Positions 1 to 9,817 of a DNA stretch of 64,000 nt are shown here, piece after piece. The position numbers were made by a program, and so were the translations under genes. How positions within the stretch are numbered: the stretch's first letter is position 1; every line of letters begins with the position of its first letter. The notes under the pieces are model-generated. The model was not told the DNA's origin. It saw nothing but the letters and a program-made list of their open reading frames with translations, and ran no database searches. Source of the stretch: an uncultured Cytophagales bacterium (GTDB taxonomy: Bacteria; Bacteroidota; Bacteroidia; Cytophagales; Spirosomataceae); the NCBI GenBank assembly GCA_963782245.1, contig CAWAJC010000009.1, forward strand, positions 13,829-77,828. Reading direction: 5' to 3'.

Positions 1-1612
1 GGAACAAAACCCGGTCGGTCAATTACGTGAACGAATACGTCCAGAACTTCACGGACAAGGAGCCGTACACCAGCATCGAGTTCTACTACAATTTCCTGAA
101 ACGGGAGCAGGACTGGTATCAAACTCGCCGAAGTAAACGCGCTGGTCGACCTGTTCATTCATAACGACAACCGGGCCGTTATTGTATGGCTCCCGAGAAA
201 GATAAGGCCAAACTCCCAACCGGAGCCCAGATTCTGAGCTACGTAGACGATGCCGGTAAAGGGCCTGACCGCCTACGAAGACAAAACGCTCGATAGCCCA
301 TTGCTGGCCAAACAGCCAACGGGCTCGCCCGTGGTGGAGGAGAAGAAAATCAAGGACATTGGCGTAACGGAATGGACGCTCAAAAATGGCGTTCGGGTGG
401 TGCTGAAGCCGACGGATTTTAAAAACGACCAGATTTTGTTTTCGGCCAGCAGCTTCGGTGGCACTTCGCTCTACGACCTGAACGATTTCCAGTCGGCGCG
501 GTTTTCGTCTACGCTGGCGGCTATGGGCGGAACGGGTGCTTACAATCAGATTCAGTTGGGCAAATTTCTGTCGGGCAAGCAGGTCAGCGTGTATCCGTTC
601 GTTGGGGAATTAAGCGAAGGAATCAGTGGTAGTGCGGCTCCGAAAGACCTGGAAACGGCCCTGCAACTGATCTACAGCTATTTTACCCAGCCCCGGAAAG
701 ATGCCGATGTGATAAAAGGATTTCTGTCCAATCAGCGGAGTGCCCTGCAAAACCGCATCAATACGCCAACGCCCCAGCAGGTGTTTCAGGATACCGTAAC
801 GGTAACGCTGGGCAATAATAACCCGCGTCGGCAACCGCTCAAACCCGACGATTTGGAAAAATTGACCTCGACCGTGCGTTGAAAATCTACCAGGAACGCT
901 TCGCCAATGCGGGTGATTTTACGTTCTTCTTCGTGGGTAATTTCGAGGAAGAAACGCTCAAGCCGTTGGTCGAAAAATACCTCGGCGGTTTGCCTGCAAC
1001 GGATACAAACGGAGAAATTTAAGGACCTGGGTATCCGTGCGCCGAAGGGAGAAGTCAGCAAGACGGTTTACAGAGGGCTTGACCCCAAAGCATCTGTTCA
1101 GCTGGTTTACAGTGGCGATATTACCTGGTCGCCGGAAACGACGACGCAACTGGACGCACTGGCCGAAGTACTGGAAATCAAATTGATTGAGAAACTGCGG
1201 GAAGAGGAAAGTGGCGTGTACGGCGTAAGTGCCAATGCTGCCTACGCCAAATACCCGGTGCCGCGCTACACTTTCCGCATCAACTTTGGTTGTGCCCCCG
1301 AAAACGTGGATAAACTCATTGCCAAAACGCAGGAGCTGATCAACGACCTGAAGCAGAAAGGAGCATTACCCGCCGACATTGCCAAATTTAAAGCCGAAAC
1401 CCGCCGGGAAACGGAACTTCAGTTAAAAGACAACCAGTTCTGGCTGGGTTATCTGCAGAACCAATATTACAACGGCGATGCCCCCGACGAGGTCCTTCAG
1501 GAAGATGCGCAACTGGATAAAGTGACCGTAGAAAGTACGAAAGATGCTGCCAATCAGTATTTGGGCAGCCAACTACATCCGGTTGGTACTGATGCCCGAG
1601 AAGAAGCAGTAG
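1..1612 (+). CDS. M16-family (PqqL-like) zinc protease, 5'-truncated by the window edge and split by several frameshifts
   Basis: ORFs 250-882 and 907-1653 contain M16 motifs (TEWTLKNGVRVVLKPTDFKND; LIEKLREEESGVYGVS). A shifted frame gives the natural ending NYIRLVLMPEKKQ* at 1612. Confidence 0.85.
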
Positions 1613-1643
1613 ACAGAAGAGTTGAAAAAGGGCTTTGCCTGAT

Positions 1644-1685
1644 TATTCCGTAAGCGGGCGATTTAAATCGCCCGCTTACGGAATA
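1644..1685. repeat. Perfect 42-bp palindrome (REP-like, extragenic)
   Basis: TATTCCGTAAGCGGGCGATTT|AAATCGCCCGCTTACGGAATA. Confidence 0.85.
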
Positions 1686-1900
1686 TTCGGGATGGATTAC
1701 TAGCAACGTAGCATGTTTGCCCTCAATGCGGCAGGTGTTTTCGAATGGCTCTGTATACCCATGTGCCGCCAATGGCACTCAGCAGAAAAGCGATCACGAC
1801 GGAGTAGTCAGCCCCAATCTGCCCCCGGCTGAACTGCTTAAGCCGTATACCAGGGCTGTGAAGTGAAGCTGAGTGTAGTTGGTAAATAGTGATTGAGCAG

Positions 1901-3289
1901 TTAGTTTTTTTTCATCGGTATCCCTGCTTTTTGGATGGCCGCGATGCCTCCTTCTACGTTCACGACCGTATCAAACCCCCGTGCCTTAAGTATCGAGTTA
2001 GCGATCATAGAGCGATAACCACCGGCACAATGAACATAAATCGGTTCGTTATGGGGCAATTCTGCCATGTAATCGTTGAGGTTATCCAAAGGAAAATTCT
2101 CGGCGTTGGCTATATAATCACTCGTAAACTCATCGGGTTTCCGAACGTCTACAACGGCTATTGCCGGATTTTGCCGGTACTGGTCGGCAAACTCATCGGC
2201 CGACATAGAGTTAACCGTATCTACTTCCTTTCCTGCCTGTTTCCAGGCATCCATACCACCCTGCAAAAAGCCGATACAGGCATCGTAGCCAACACGGGCC
2301 AGCCGCAAAACGGTTTCGCTTTCCTGTCCTTCGGGGGTGACGAGGGCTATTGGCTGTTTCAAATCAGGAATAAGTGCACCTACCCAGGGTGCAAACTGCC
2401 CGTTCAGGCCAATGTTAATGGCATTTGGAACAAAACCCTTCGCAAAATCGGCGGCTTCCCGAACATCCAGTACCAGGGCTCCCGTTTCATTCACCAGGGC
2501 CTCGAAGGCCGTTGGAGACAGTCCTAGACTGCCCCGTTCCATTACCCGGTCAATGGATTCGTAGCCTTCTTTGTTGAGCCGGGCATTCTCCGCAAAGTAA
2601 GCAGGAGCGGTAGTCAGCCCAGCCAGTACTTTTTCAACAAACTCCGCCTTCGACTTAGCCTGTAAGGCATAATTGAACCGCTTTTGATTACCCAGCGTGT
2701 CGGTTGTTTCCTTACTCATATTCTTGCCACAAGCCGAACCGGCACCATGAGCTGGATAAACGATAACGTCGTCGGCCAGGGGCATAATTTTGGTTTGCAA
2801 ACTGTCGTACAGCATCCCGGCCAGGTCTCGTTCAGTCAGCTTTCCTTTGATGGCTAAATCCGGCCGACCAACATCCCCAATGAATAGCGTATCACCAGTG
2901 AAAATAGCGTGGTCTTTCCCTGTCTCGTCAATCAGCAGATAGGTGGTCGATTCAAACGTATGGCCGGGCGTATGGAGCACCTTTATGGTGATAGCACCCA
3001 CCGTAAACAGCTCACCGTCGGTAGCATGATGAACCGGGTAGGCCGTGTTGGCCTGCGGACCATACACGATAGTGGCACCCGTTTTTTTCGCTAAATCCAG
3101 ATGCCCCGACACGAAATCGGCGTGAAAGTGGGTTTCAAATACATATTTTATGGTTACCCCCGCCTGCTCCGCCTTCTGTACATAAGGAGCTGTTTCGCGC
3201 AGTGGGTCAATAATGGCAGCTTCGCCATTGCTTTCAATGTAGTAAGCTCCCTGCGCCAGGCAACCTGTATAAATCTGTTCAATCATCAT
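1901..3289 (-). CDS. MBL-fold persulfide dioxygenase-like hydrolase fused to two rhodanese domains
   Basis: ETHFHADFVSGH, HTPGHT and GDTLFIGDVGRPDL motifs, plus C-terminal VHCAGGYRS rhodanese active site. Likely start MMIEQIY at 3289. Confidence 0.9.
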   Translation of the reverse strand: MMIEQIYTGCLAQGAYYIESNGEAAIIDPLRETAPYVQKAEQAGVTIKYVFETHFHADFVSGHLDLAKKTGATIVYGPQANTAYPVHHATDGELFTVGAITIKVLHTPGHTFESTTYLLIDETGKDHAIFTGDTLFIGDVGRPDLAIKGKLTERDLAGMLYDSLQTKIMPLADDVIVYPAHGAGSACGKNMSKETTDTLGNQKRFNYALQAKSKAEFVEKVLAGLTTAPAYFAENARLNKEGYESIDRVMERGSLGLSPTAFEALVNETGALVLDVREAADFAKGFVPNAINIGLNGQFAPWVGALIPDLKQPIALVTPEGQESETVLRLARVGYDACIGFLQGGMDAWKQAGKEVDTVNSMSADEFADQYRQNPAIAVVDVRKPDEFTSDYIANAENFPLDNLNDYMAELPHNEPIYVHCAGGYRSMIANSILKARGFDTVVNVEGGIAAIQKAGIPMKKN

Positions 3290-3329
3290 AATACTTGATT
3301 GGGTATGAACCCATTCTGTTAAGGACAAA

Positions 3330-4136
3330 TTAATGCCCGTGAGACAATTCCTGAAAAATCATGTAACCAGCTACCGTTAATACAAACCAGCCGAAGCCTT
3401 TTTTCAATTTGTCAGGAGCTATAAAGCGGGCCAGATACATGCCAATAAAAATGCCCGCGATGGATAAACCGGTAAAGGGCAACAGGAAACTCCAGTCCAG
3501 TTTGGTGTGGTTTATATCTCCCAAAAAACCGACGAAAGAGTTTACCGCAATAATCAGCACCGAGGTGGCCACGGCCCGATGAATAGGTAGTCCGGCCAGT
3601 AACACCAGCATGGGTACAATAATAAACCCACCCCCGGCACCAATAGTGCCTGTTAGCAGACCAACTGCCAGTCCATCCAGAGCCAGGCTTACGTAGCGCG
3701 GACGACCATCAGCCGCATCCCCCTGCTCCGGCCGGTCGTTGCCAATCATAGCGCGGGCAGCCACAACCATAACAAAAGCGAAAAAGTACAAAATGGCGTC
3801 ACTCTTCGATACCGTAAACGCATTAAACTGAAACAGCGGATCGGGGAGGGCCGGTAGTAAAAACCGACGGGTCAGGTAAACCGACAGAAATGAGGGGGCA
3901 GCAAAAGCCATAGTTACCCGCAAGTCTACCCGTTTTTTCCAGATATGATTGATAGACCCTATCGCCGATGTTGACCCGACTACAAATAAAGAGTAGGTGG
4001 TGGCCAGCATCGTTGGCACACCGAACACGTAAACGAAGATCGGAACGGTCAGTATGGACCCTCCGCCCCCGGCCAGCCCAATGACCAGGCCTACAACCAC
4101 TGCCGAAGCGTAACCAATTAATTCCTGAATACTCAT
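3330..4136 (-). CDS. TauE/SafE family sulfite exporter
   Basis: Duplicated GxxGxGGG motifs (GLAGGGGSIL; GTIGAGGGFIIVP), AVATS motif, about 8 TM segments. Confidence 0.9.
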   Translation of the reverse strand: MSIQELIGYASAVVVGLVIGLAGGGGSILTVPIFVYVFGVPTMLATTYSLFVVGSTSAIGSINHIWKKRVDLRVTMAFAAPSFLSVYLTRRFLLPALPDPLFQFNAFTVSKSDAILYFFAFVMVVAARAMIGNDRPEQGDAADGRPRYVSLALDGLAVGLLTGTIGAGGGFIIVPMLVLLAGLPIHRAVATSVLIIAVNSFVGFLGDINHTKLDWSFLLPFTGLSIAGIFIGMYLARFIAPDKLKKGFGWFVLTVAGYMIFQELSHGH

Positions 4137-4172
4137 TACGCAACGAAATTAGAGGAGGAAATGCGTTTGGTT

Positions 4173-4188
4173 TGTGACTAACGTCACA
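4173..4188. promoter_or_regulatory. CRP/FNR-family binding site upstream of tauE
   Basis: TGTGA-ctaacg-TCACA, 37 bp from the tauE start. A TAATTTCG -7-like element lies on the minus strand near 4144-4151. Confidence 0.7.
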
Positions 4189-4250
4189 CAGATCGATTTT
4201 ATCACCGGGGCAAGGCTGGTGGTGGCGTTCTTTTGCCTATACCGGCAAAC

Positions 4251-4283
4251 AAAAAACAGCCCCCGACAACTTGTCGGGGGCTG
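4251..4283 (-). terminator. Intrinsic terminator of the amino acid permease
   Basis: CAGCCCCCGACAA-c-TTGTCGGGGGCTG stem with a T6 run on the minus strand. Confidence 0.85.
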
Positions 4284-4304
4284 CTGAATAATAGAGCGTG
4301 ACGT

Positions 4305-5807
4305 TTATTCCTGAGGCTTGTTCAGGTTGCTGTGCTTACGACTGTAAAGAAAGTAGACAATCAGACCAACAATACCCCAGACTAAGAAGGTGAGTTTGGT
4401 GTCTGTCCGCAGGTTCCACATCAGGTACAAGTTCGCCACAATACCAAGCGTGGCAATCACCGGCAGGGCGGGGGTACGATAGGGGCGTTCCAGGTTGGGT
4501 TCCCGAACGCGCAGTAGCCATACCGCTCCACAAATCATGGCAAAAGCAAACAGAGTTCCTGAACTGGTTAACTGCGACACTTTATCAATGGGAGTGACAG
4601 CAGCCACTACTGAAACAACGGCACCCACAAAGATGGTACTCTTCCAGGGCGTTTTGAATTTAGGGTGAATAGATGCAAAAAGATTCCTGGGCAGTAATCC
4701 ATCTTTGGCCATACCCAGAAAAATCCGGGTCTGTCCCAGCATCATCACCAGCATAACCGAGGTTAGGCCCGCGATGGCAGCAATGGTAATCAGGTACACC
4801 GACCAGGTCAGACCAACGTCAGAAAAAGCCTGCGCAACCGGGGCTTTCAAATCGAGTTTGTTGTAAGGTACCATACCGGTTAATACCAGCGAGACCAGGA
4901 TGTAAAGAACCGTACAGATGATCAGCGAAGCGATAATGGCGAAGGGAACATCTTTTTTGGGGTTGATGGCCTCCCCGGCCTGCGTGGATACGGCGTCGAA
5001 ACCAATGTAGGCAAAGAACACAATACCGGCAGCGGTTACAATACCATCGAATCCAAAGTGAGTTTGTCCGGTATCATCAACAACGGGAGCCGGGATGAAT
5101 GGTGTCCAGTTGGCTACATCGATGTAAAATGAGCCCGCAATAACAACGAATATGACCGTAGCCACCTTCACGATAACAATCAGGTTATTGGTACTGGCCG
5201 CTTCTTTGATTCCTTTTACCAGGATATATGTCACTACCCACACAATCAGGAAGGCCGGCAAGTTAATGGCAAAGCTAAATTCAGGTACTACCTGTCCCGC
5301 TGCCCGCAGCGCGTCCGCTTTTTCCTGAGCCGTTACGGGGTCGTTCATCAACCAGAGGGGAGGATCAATGCGGAACAGGTGTAAAAATTTCTCAAAATAC
5401 CCGGACCAGCTCACCGCTACCGTAGTAGCGCCCATCATGTATTCCAGAATGAGGTTCCAGCCAATAAGCCAGGCAAATAACTCTCCCACTGTACCGTAGG
5501 AGTACGCGTAGGCCGAGCCTTCAACGGGCAGGATAGACGCAAACTCGGCGTAACACAGGGCCGCAAATGTGCAGGCAATTCCCGCAATCACAAAAGCCAG
5601 CGCCAGCGCCGGACCGGCCCACTCATTGGCTGCAATACCCGTTAGTACAAAGATGCCCCCGCCAATAACAGCGCCAATACCCAGCGATGTTAAACCCCAG
5701 CGGGTTAAAACGCGCTTTAATTCACTTTTTTGCATGTCTGCTGCATAAGCCGCTAGCGGCTTTTTGCGCATAACACTCGTATTAACAGGTTTTAGTTTAG
5801 TCTCCAT
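4305..5807 (-). CDS. APC-family amino acid permease
   Basis: GIGAVIGGGIFV, CYAEFAS, GSAYAYSY and FFAYIGFDAVST motifs; about 12 TM segments. Confidence 0.92.
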   Translation of the reverse strand: METKLKPVNTSVMRKKPLAAYAADMQKSELKRVLTRWGLTSLGIGAVIGGGIFVLTGIAANEWAGPALALAFVIAGIACTFAALCYAEFASILPVEGSAYAYSYGTVGELFAWLIGWNLILEYMMGATTVAVSWSGYFEKFLHLFRIDPPLWLMNDPVTAQEKADALRAAGQVVPEFSFAINLPAFLIVWVVTYILVKGIKEAASTNNLIVIVKVATVIFVVIAGSFYIDVANWTPFIPAPVVDDTGQTHFGFDGIVTAAGIVFFAYIGFDAVSTQAGEAINPKKDVPFAIIASLIICTVLYILVSLVLTGMVPYNKLDLKAPVAQAFSDVGLTWSVYLITIAAIAGLTSVMLVMMLGQTRIFLGMAKDGLLPRNLFASIHPKFKTPWKSTIFVGAVVSVVAAVTPIDKVSQLTSSGTLFAFAMICGAVWLLRVREPNLERPYRTPALPVIATLGIVANLYLMWNLRTDTKLTFLVWGIVGLIVYFLYSRKHSNLNKPQE

Positions 5808-5883
5808 GCAGCAAAATAGAGTTTGGTGATTGTGTCTTTTAGAAAAAGATTATAGGGCATCTAAGCCGAAAGATACGAAATAT

Positions 5884-5961
5884 AATGAGCGAATAAGTGA
5901 ATGTGTGAATTAGCGAAAGATACGGGTATCGCTTAATCGCTCATTCACACATTCACTCATT
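5884..5961. repeat. Inverted repeat built from 8-bp GAATGAGC/GAATGTGT-type units
   Basis: AGTGAATGTGTGAATTAGCGA ... TCGCTCATTCACACATTCACT (1 mismatch in 21), directly after the secDF stop. Confidence 0.75.
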
Positions 5962-5973
5962 TACGCATTAGGC

Positions 5974-8900
5974 TTACGACTGCGAAGGCCGGATAAGCGG
6001 TTTCTTATCTTTCTTCTCCTTCTTGGCCGTGAACTCAGCCGGCGTGGCGGGCGCAGCACTGGTAAAGTCGGCTGGAACAGCGTCGAAACCGGTTTTCTTC
6101 TCGGCCACTGCGGGTTTATCGCTCAGGTTCTCACCCTTTTCCTGATCACGGCTGAGTGAATCAACTACAATCGGGGTAGCAACGAACAAGGACGAATACG
6201 TCCCTACAATAACGCCAATCAACATAGCGAATGAGAAGCCACGGATGGTTTCGCCCCCGAAGATGAACAGCACCAACAGCACCAGAATCGTGGAGAAACC
6301 CGTTACGGCCGTACGGCTCAGCGTACTGTTCAGCGCGTTGTTGATAATGGTTGGAATGCTTTCACTACGGCCTTTATTTTCATTCAGGTACTCACGGACC
6401 CGGTCAAACACAACTACCGTATCGTTCATGGAGTATCCCATGATGGTTAGCAACGCACCCACAAAAGCCTGGTCTACATCCAGCGAGAAGGGCAGTATGC
6501 CGTTGAAGAAAGTGAAAATAGCCAGAATAATCAACACATCGTGGAACATGGCCACCACCGCGCCATACCCAAATGCCAGCCGCTTGAAGCGAATGAGAAT
6601 GTAAACGAATACAACGGCCACGGCCAGCAGGATGGACCATATGGCGGAGGTCAGAATATCATTCGCTATCGTTGGTCCTACTTTCTGCGAGCTTTCAATC
6701 CGGGCTGGATTGCCTTTGATGCTACTCAACCCCTGATAAATCGTTGACTCAGCCCGCTTGTCGGCTCCCTGCGTATTATCGTCGATCAGGTAAGGAGTTG
6801 TTACTTTCACCTGATTGGAGCCAATACCCGTACCACCATACGTTTTCACTTCGGGGGCAGCACCCAAAACAGTCTCCAATGAGCTACGAACCTCATCCGT
6901 ACTAACCGCTTTCTCAAAACGAACGACGTACGAACGGCCTCCTTTAAAATCAACGCCCAGACCGAAACCTTTATAAATGGCCGAAACGATACCCAGGGCA
7001 ATGATAACCGACGAAACGGTGTAATACAGTTTCCGGCGGGATACGAAATCGAAGTTGGAGTCGGCAAACAGGTTTTTTGCCCATTTCGAGGAAAAAGACA
7101 GGGTCTTACCATTCCGGATGTAGTACTCCAGAATCAGGCGGGTGATGAAAATAGCCGCGAATAAGGAGGTCAGGATACCAATAATAAGCGTGGTAGCAAA
7201 GCCCAGAATCAAGCCCGTTCCGAAAGCGAACAACACGATACCCGTCAGGAAAGTGGTTACGTTGGAGTCAATGATGGATGACAGTGCATTTTTGAAACCA
7301 TCACCTACCGCCTGCTTAAATCCTTTTCCTTCGGCCAGCTCTTCTTTAATACGCTCGAAAATAAGTACGTTCGCATCCACGGCCATACCAATGGAGAGCA
7401 CGATACCGGCAATACCCGGCATGGTTAGCACAGCACCCAGCGAGGCCATGACACCCAACAGGAAAAAGAGGTTGACGACAAGGGCTAAGTCGGCAATGAG
7501 ACCGGCTCGGTTGTAATAGAACACAACGAAGGCCAGTACCAGCAAAATACCAACAATAGACGATAGAACCCCGGCACTAACGGCTTCGGAACCCAATGTG
7601 GCACCCACAATGCTCTCCTCTACGATGTTGGTAGGGGCAGGTAGTTTACCGGCTTTCAGCACGTTAGCCAAGTCTTTGGTTTCTTCAATGGTGAAGTTGC
7701 CCGAAATGCTGGAGCGTCCGTTCGGAATCTCGTTCTGTACGTTAGGTGCGGTATAAACCAGGTTATCCAGCAAAATAGCTACGGGCCGGTTTACGTTGGC
7801 AGCCGTAAGATTCCGCCATTTCCGGGCACCTTCGGCATTCATGTTCATCGTCACTTCCGGACGGCCCCGGTCGTCGTAATCGCTGGTCGCATCGGTAATT
7901 ACATCGCCTTCCAGGGGCGAACGGCCACCGGGTTTCTTGATGAAGTACAGCGGCAGGATTTCCTTGCCGTCTGTTGCTTTAAATGGTTTCCGATCCCAGG
8001 CTGCAACAGCGTCGGAGGGGAACAGCCCTTTTACTTCGGCTGCATTCAGTACTTCATTGGCACGAGCCGTATCCTTCAGGTAAACACCCAGCTGATCCTG
8101 TCCAACAGGTAAAAACAACTGCGTTAGAGCGGTTCCCTGCGCGGCTGCGGCTGCTGTATCGCCAGCGGCCGTCGAATCTTTCTTAGCACCCTGTGCCAGC
8201 TGTGATTCCAGGCTTGACGTTCCTTTGGCAGCCGTTCCTGCTGCCGGAGCCGTAGTGCCCAACGCGGCTTTGCGGGCGGTTTCTTCGCGCAGCAGATAGG
8301 CACCCATGCCTTCAATAGCCGGAGCCAGTTCGTTCAGTCGGTATACTTCAGTAAACTCCAGTTTGGCCGCGCCGGTCAGCAGGCGACGGATACGTTCTGG
8401 GTTATCAACGCCTGGTAGCTCAATCTGAATCCGGCCCGAACCGGGTAACCGCTGAATATTTGGGTTAGCTACGCCAAATTTGTCGACCCGCGCCTGAATA
8501 ATCTGGAAGGCCCGGGTGGTAGCGTCGTTCACCTCGCTGGTGAGCAACCTTTGCACTTCGGTATCCGTCGACTGGTAATTGATTTTGTTCCGGTTAGCAC
8601 TGGTCGCAAATACGGTGGCCAGTTTAGTGTCAGGCGCAATCTTTTTGAAGGCGCTGACAAACAGGTCTACATAAGGCTTTGTGCTACTTTTCTGATCCTC
8701 CAGTGCCTGTTTCAGCGCCTGGTTAAATTTAGGGTCACGGTTATTGCCAGACAGGCTGCGCATAATTTCAGCGGGCGACACTTCCAGCACGACGTGCATA
8801 CCACCCTGAAGATCAAGGCCCAAACCCAGTTCGCGCTCGCTTACTTCCTGCAATGTGCTGCCCAAATAAACGGGCTCTTTCCAGAGCGAGTCCAGGTAAC

Positions 8901-9057
8901 GTTGCTTTTTACTGCGATCGACCTGACCATCTTTGGTCGTCGCGTAGGCTTCGGCATCGGCTTTAATGTTGCGCGACACGAAGGTGAACGACAGGAAGTA
9001 GATACAGATGGCTGTAATAACTCCCGTCAGAATAAGAATTCCGGTTCTGTTTTGCAT
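5974..9057 (-). CDS. secDF: Protein translocase subunit SecDF (fused)
   Basis: LGLDLQGG, IGMAVDANVLIFERIKEE, GVDFKGG and GYSMNDTVVVFDRVRE motifs. Confidence 0.97.
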   Translation of the reverse strand: MQNRTGILILTGVITAICIYFLSFTFVSRNIKADAEAYATTKDGQVDRSKKQRYLDSLWKEPVYLGSTLQEVSERELGLGLDLQGGMHVVLEVSPAEIMRSLSGNNRDPKFNQALKQALEDQKSSTKPYVDLFVSAFKKIAPDTKLATVFATSANRNKINYQSTDTEVQRLLTSEVNDATTRAFQIIQARVDKFGVANPNIQRLPGSGRIQIELPGVDNPERIRRLLTGAAKLEFTEVYRLNELAPAIEGMGAYLLREETARKAALGTTAPAAGTAAKGTSSLESQLAQGAKKDSTAAGDTAAAAAQGTALTQLFLPVGQDQLGVYLKDTARANEVLNAAEVKGLFPSDAVAAWDRKPFKATDGKEILPLYFIKKPGGRSPLEGDVITDATSDYDDRGRPEVTMNMNAEGARKWRNLTAANVNRPVAILLDNLVYTAPNVQNEIPNGRSSISGNFTIEETKDLANVLKAGKLPAPTNIVEESIVGATLGSEAVSAGVLSSIVGILLVLAFVVFYYNRAGLIADLALVVNLFFLLGVMASLGAVLTMPGIAGIVLSIGMAVDANVLIFERIKEELAEGKGFKQAVGDGFKNALSSIIDSNVTTFLTGIVLFAFGTGLILGFATTLIIGILTSLFAAIFITRLILEYYIRNGKTLSFSSKWAKNLFADSNFDFVSRRKLYYTVSSVIIALGIVSAIYKGFGLGVDFKGGRSYVVRFEKAVSTDEVRSSLETVLGAAPEVKTYGGTGIGSNQVKVTTPYLIDDNTQGADKRAESTIYQGLSSIKGNPARIESSQKVGPTIANDILTSAIWSILLAVAVVFVYILIRFKRLAFGYGAVVAMFHDVLIILAIFTFFNGILPFSLDVDQAFVGALLTIMGYSMNDTVVVFDRVREYLNENKGRSESIPTIINNALNSTLSRTAVTGFSTILVLLVLFIFGGETIRGFSFAMLIGVIVGTYSSLFVATPIVVDSLSRDQEKGENLSDKPAVAEKKTGFDAVPADFTSAAPATPAEFTAKKEKKDKKPLIRPSQS

Positions 9058-9179
9058 TGATTGGAACAGGCAGTTGCCTGAAGGAAAATAGAGGGTAAAC
9101 TGAAAAGAGACTCAACAGGCTGACGCTGAAGAGGAACGGGCGGTAAAACGCAGGCTGGACAACCCAGCCCGGCTACGTG

Positions 9180-9560
9180 TTAGGGCGCATTCGTGGCGAT
9201 GTGATGCCCGAATACGTGCCTGAAGTAAGAGAAATAGAAATGGGGGAGCGTAAAGTGCCGGAGCAGTGCAACGCTCAACAGCAATAAAATAACCAGGGTC
9301 GGGACTGGTAACAAAAATGCCGACTGACCCGAATCGCCTAACTGAACCGCCGGGGTAACAACGGCGTCAAATTGGGCCGTACTCAGTTGCGTTTCCTGCG
9401 AACTGTCTGCTTTCCCGGATCTAGCGTGCTTAGCTACTGCTTTTTTAGCCGCCAGCGTTTGTTGCTGCGCTAAGCTACCATACCCCCAAACTGCCATAAA
9501 GAGCAGTAAAGAAGCCAGCATCAGGCTCGAAAAGCGTTGTATGACACGCGGTTGCTTCAT
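9180..9560 (-). CDS. secDF-upstream secreted ORF, putative translation-arrest (secretion monitor) peptide
   Basis: N-terminal signal peptide, polar linker, second hydrophobic stretch and C-terminus YFRHVFGHHIATNAP*. Same strand as secDF, 122 nt upstream. Confidence 0.75.
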   Translation of the reverse strand: MKQPRVIQRFSSLMLASLLLFMAVWGYGSLAQQQTLAAKKAVAKHARSGKADSSQETQLSTAQFDAVVTPAVQLGDSGQSAFLLPVPTLVILLLLSVALLRHFTLPHFYFSYFRHVFGHHIATNAP

Positions 9561-9817
9561 GTTTTTCCTTTGCGGATGACAAATTTCGTACCAATTTCGG
9601 AGGAATGCAAGTCCTAAGCTTTGTTGGTTTGAAAACTGACTGGTTTCTGGTCGGAAGTGGATTTCTACTGGGGTAAATTAGAAAGGGAGTATTTGCTTTT
9701 CTGCGGAATAGTCTTCTATCCCACTATAATTTGCCTTTGCCGCTTTTTATTGGGATTGAACCAGCCACTATCCTAGGTAGAATTTAGTCCATATAAAATC
9801 TATGCATGATTTGAGTA

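Noticed and set aside
1686-1900. Unexplained intergenic DNA as a possible ncRNA
   Set aside because: I could not identify a convincing structure, promoter or known RNA motif.
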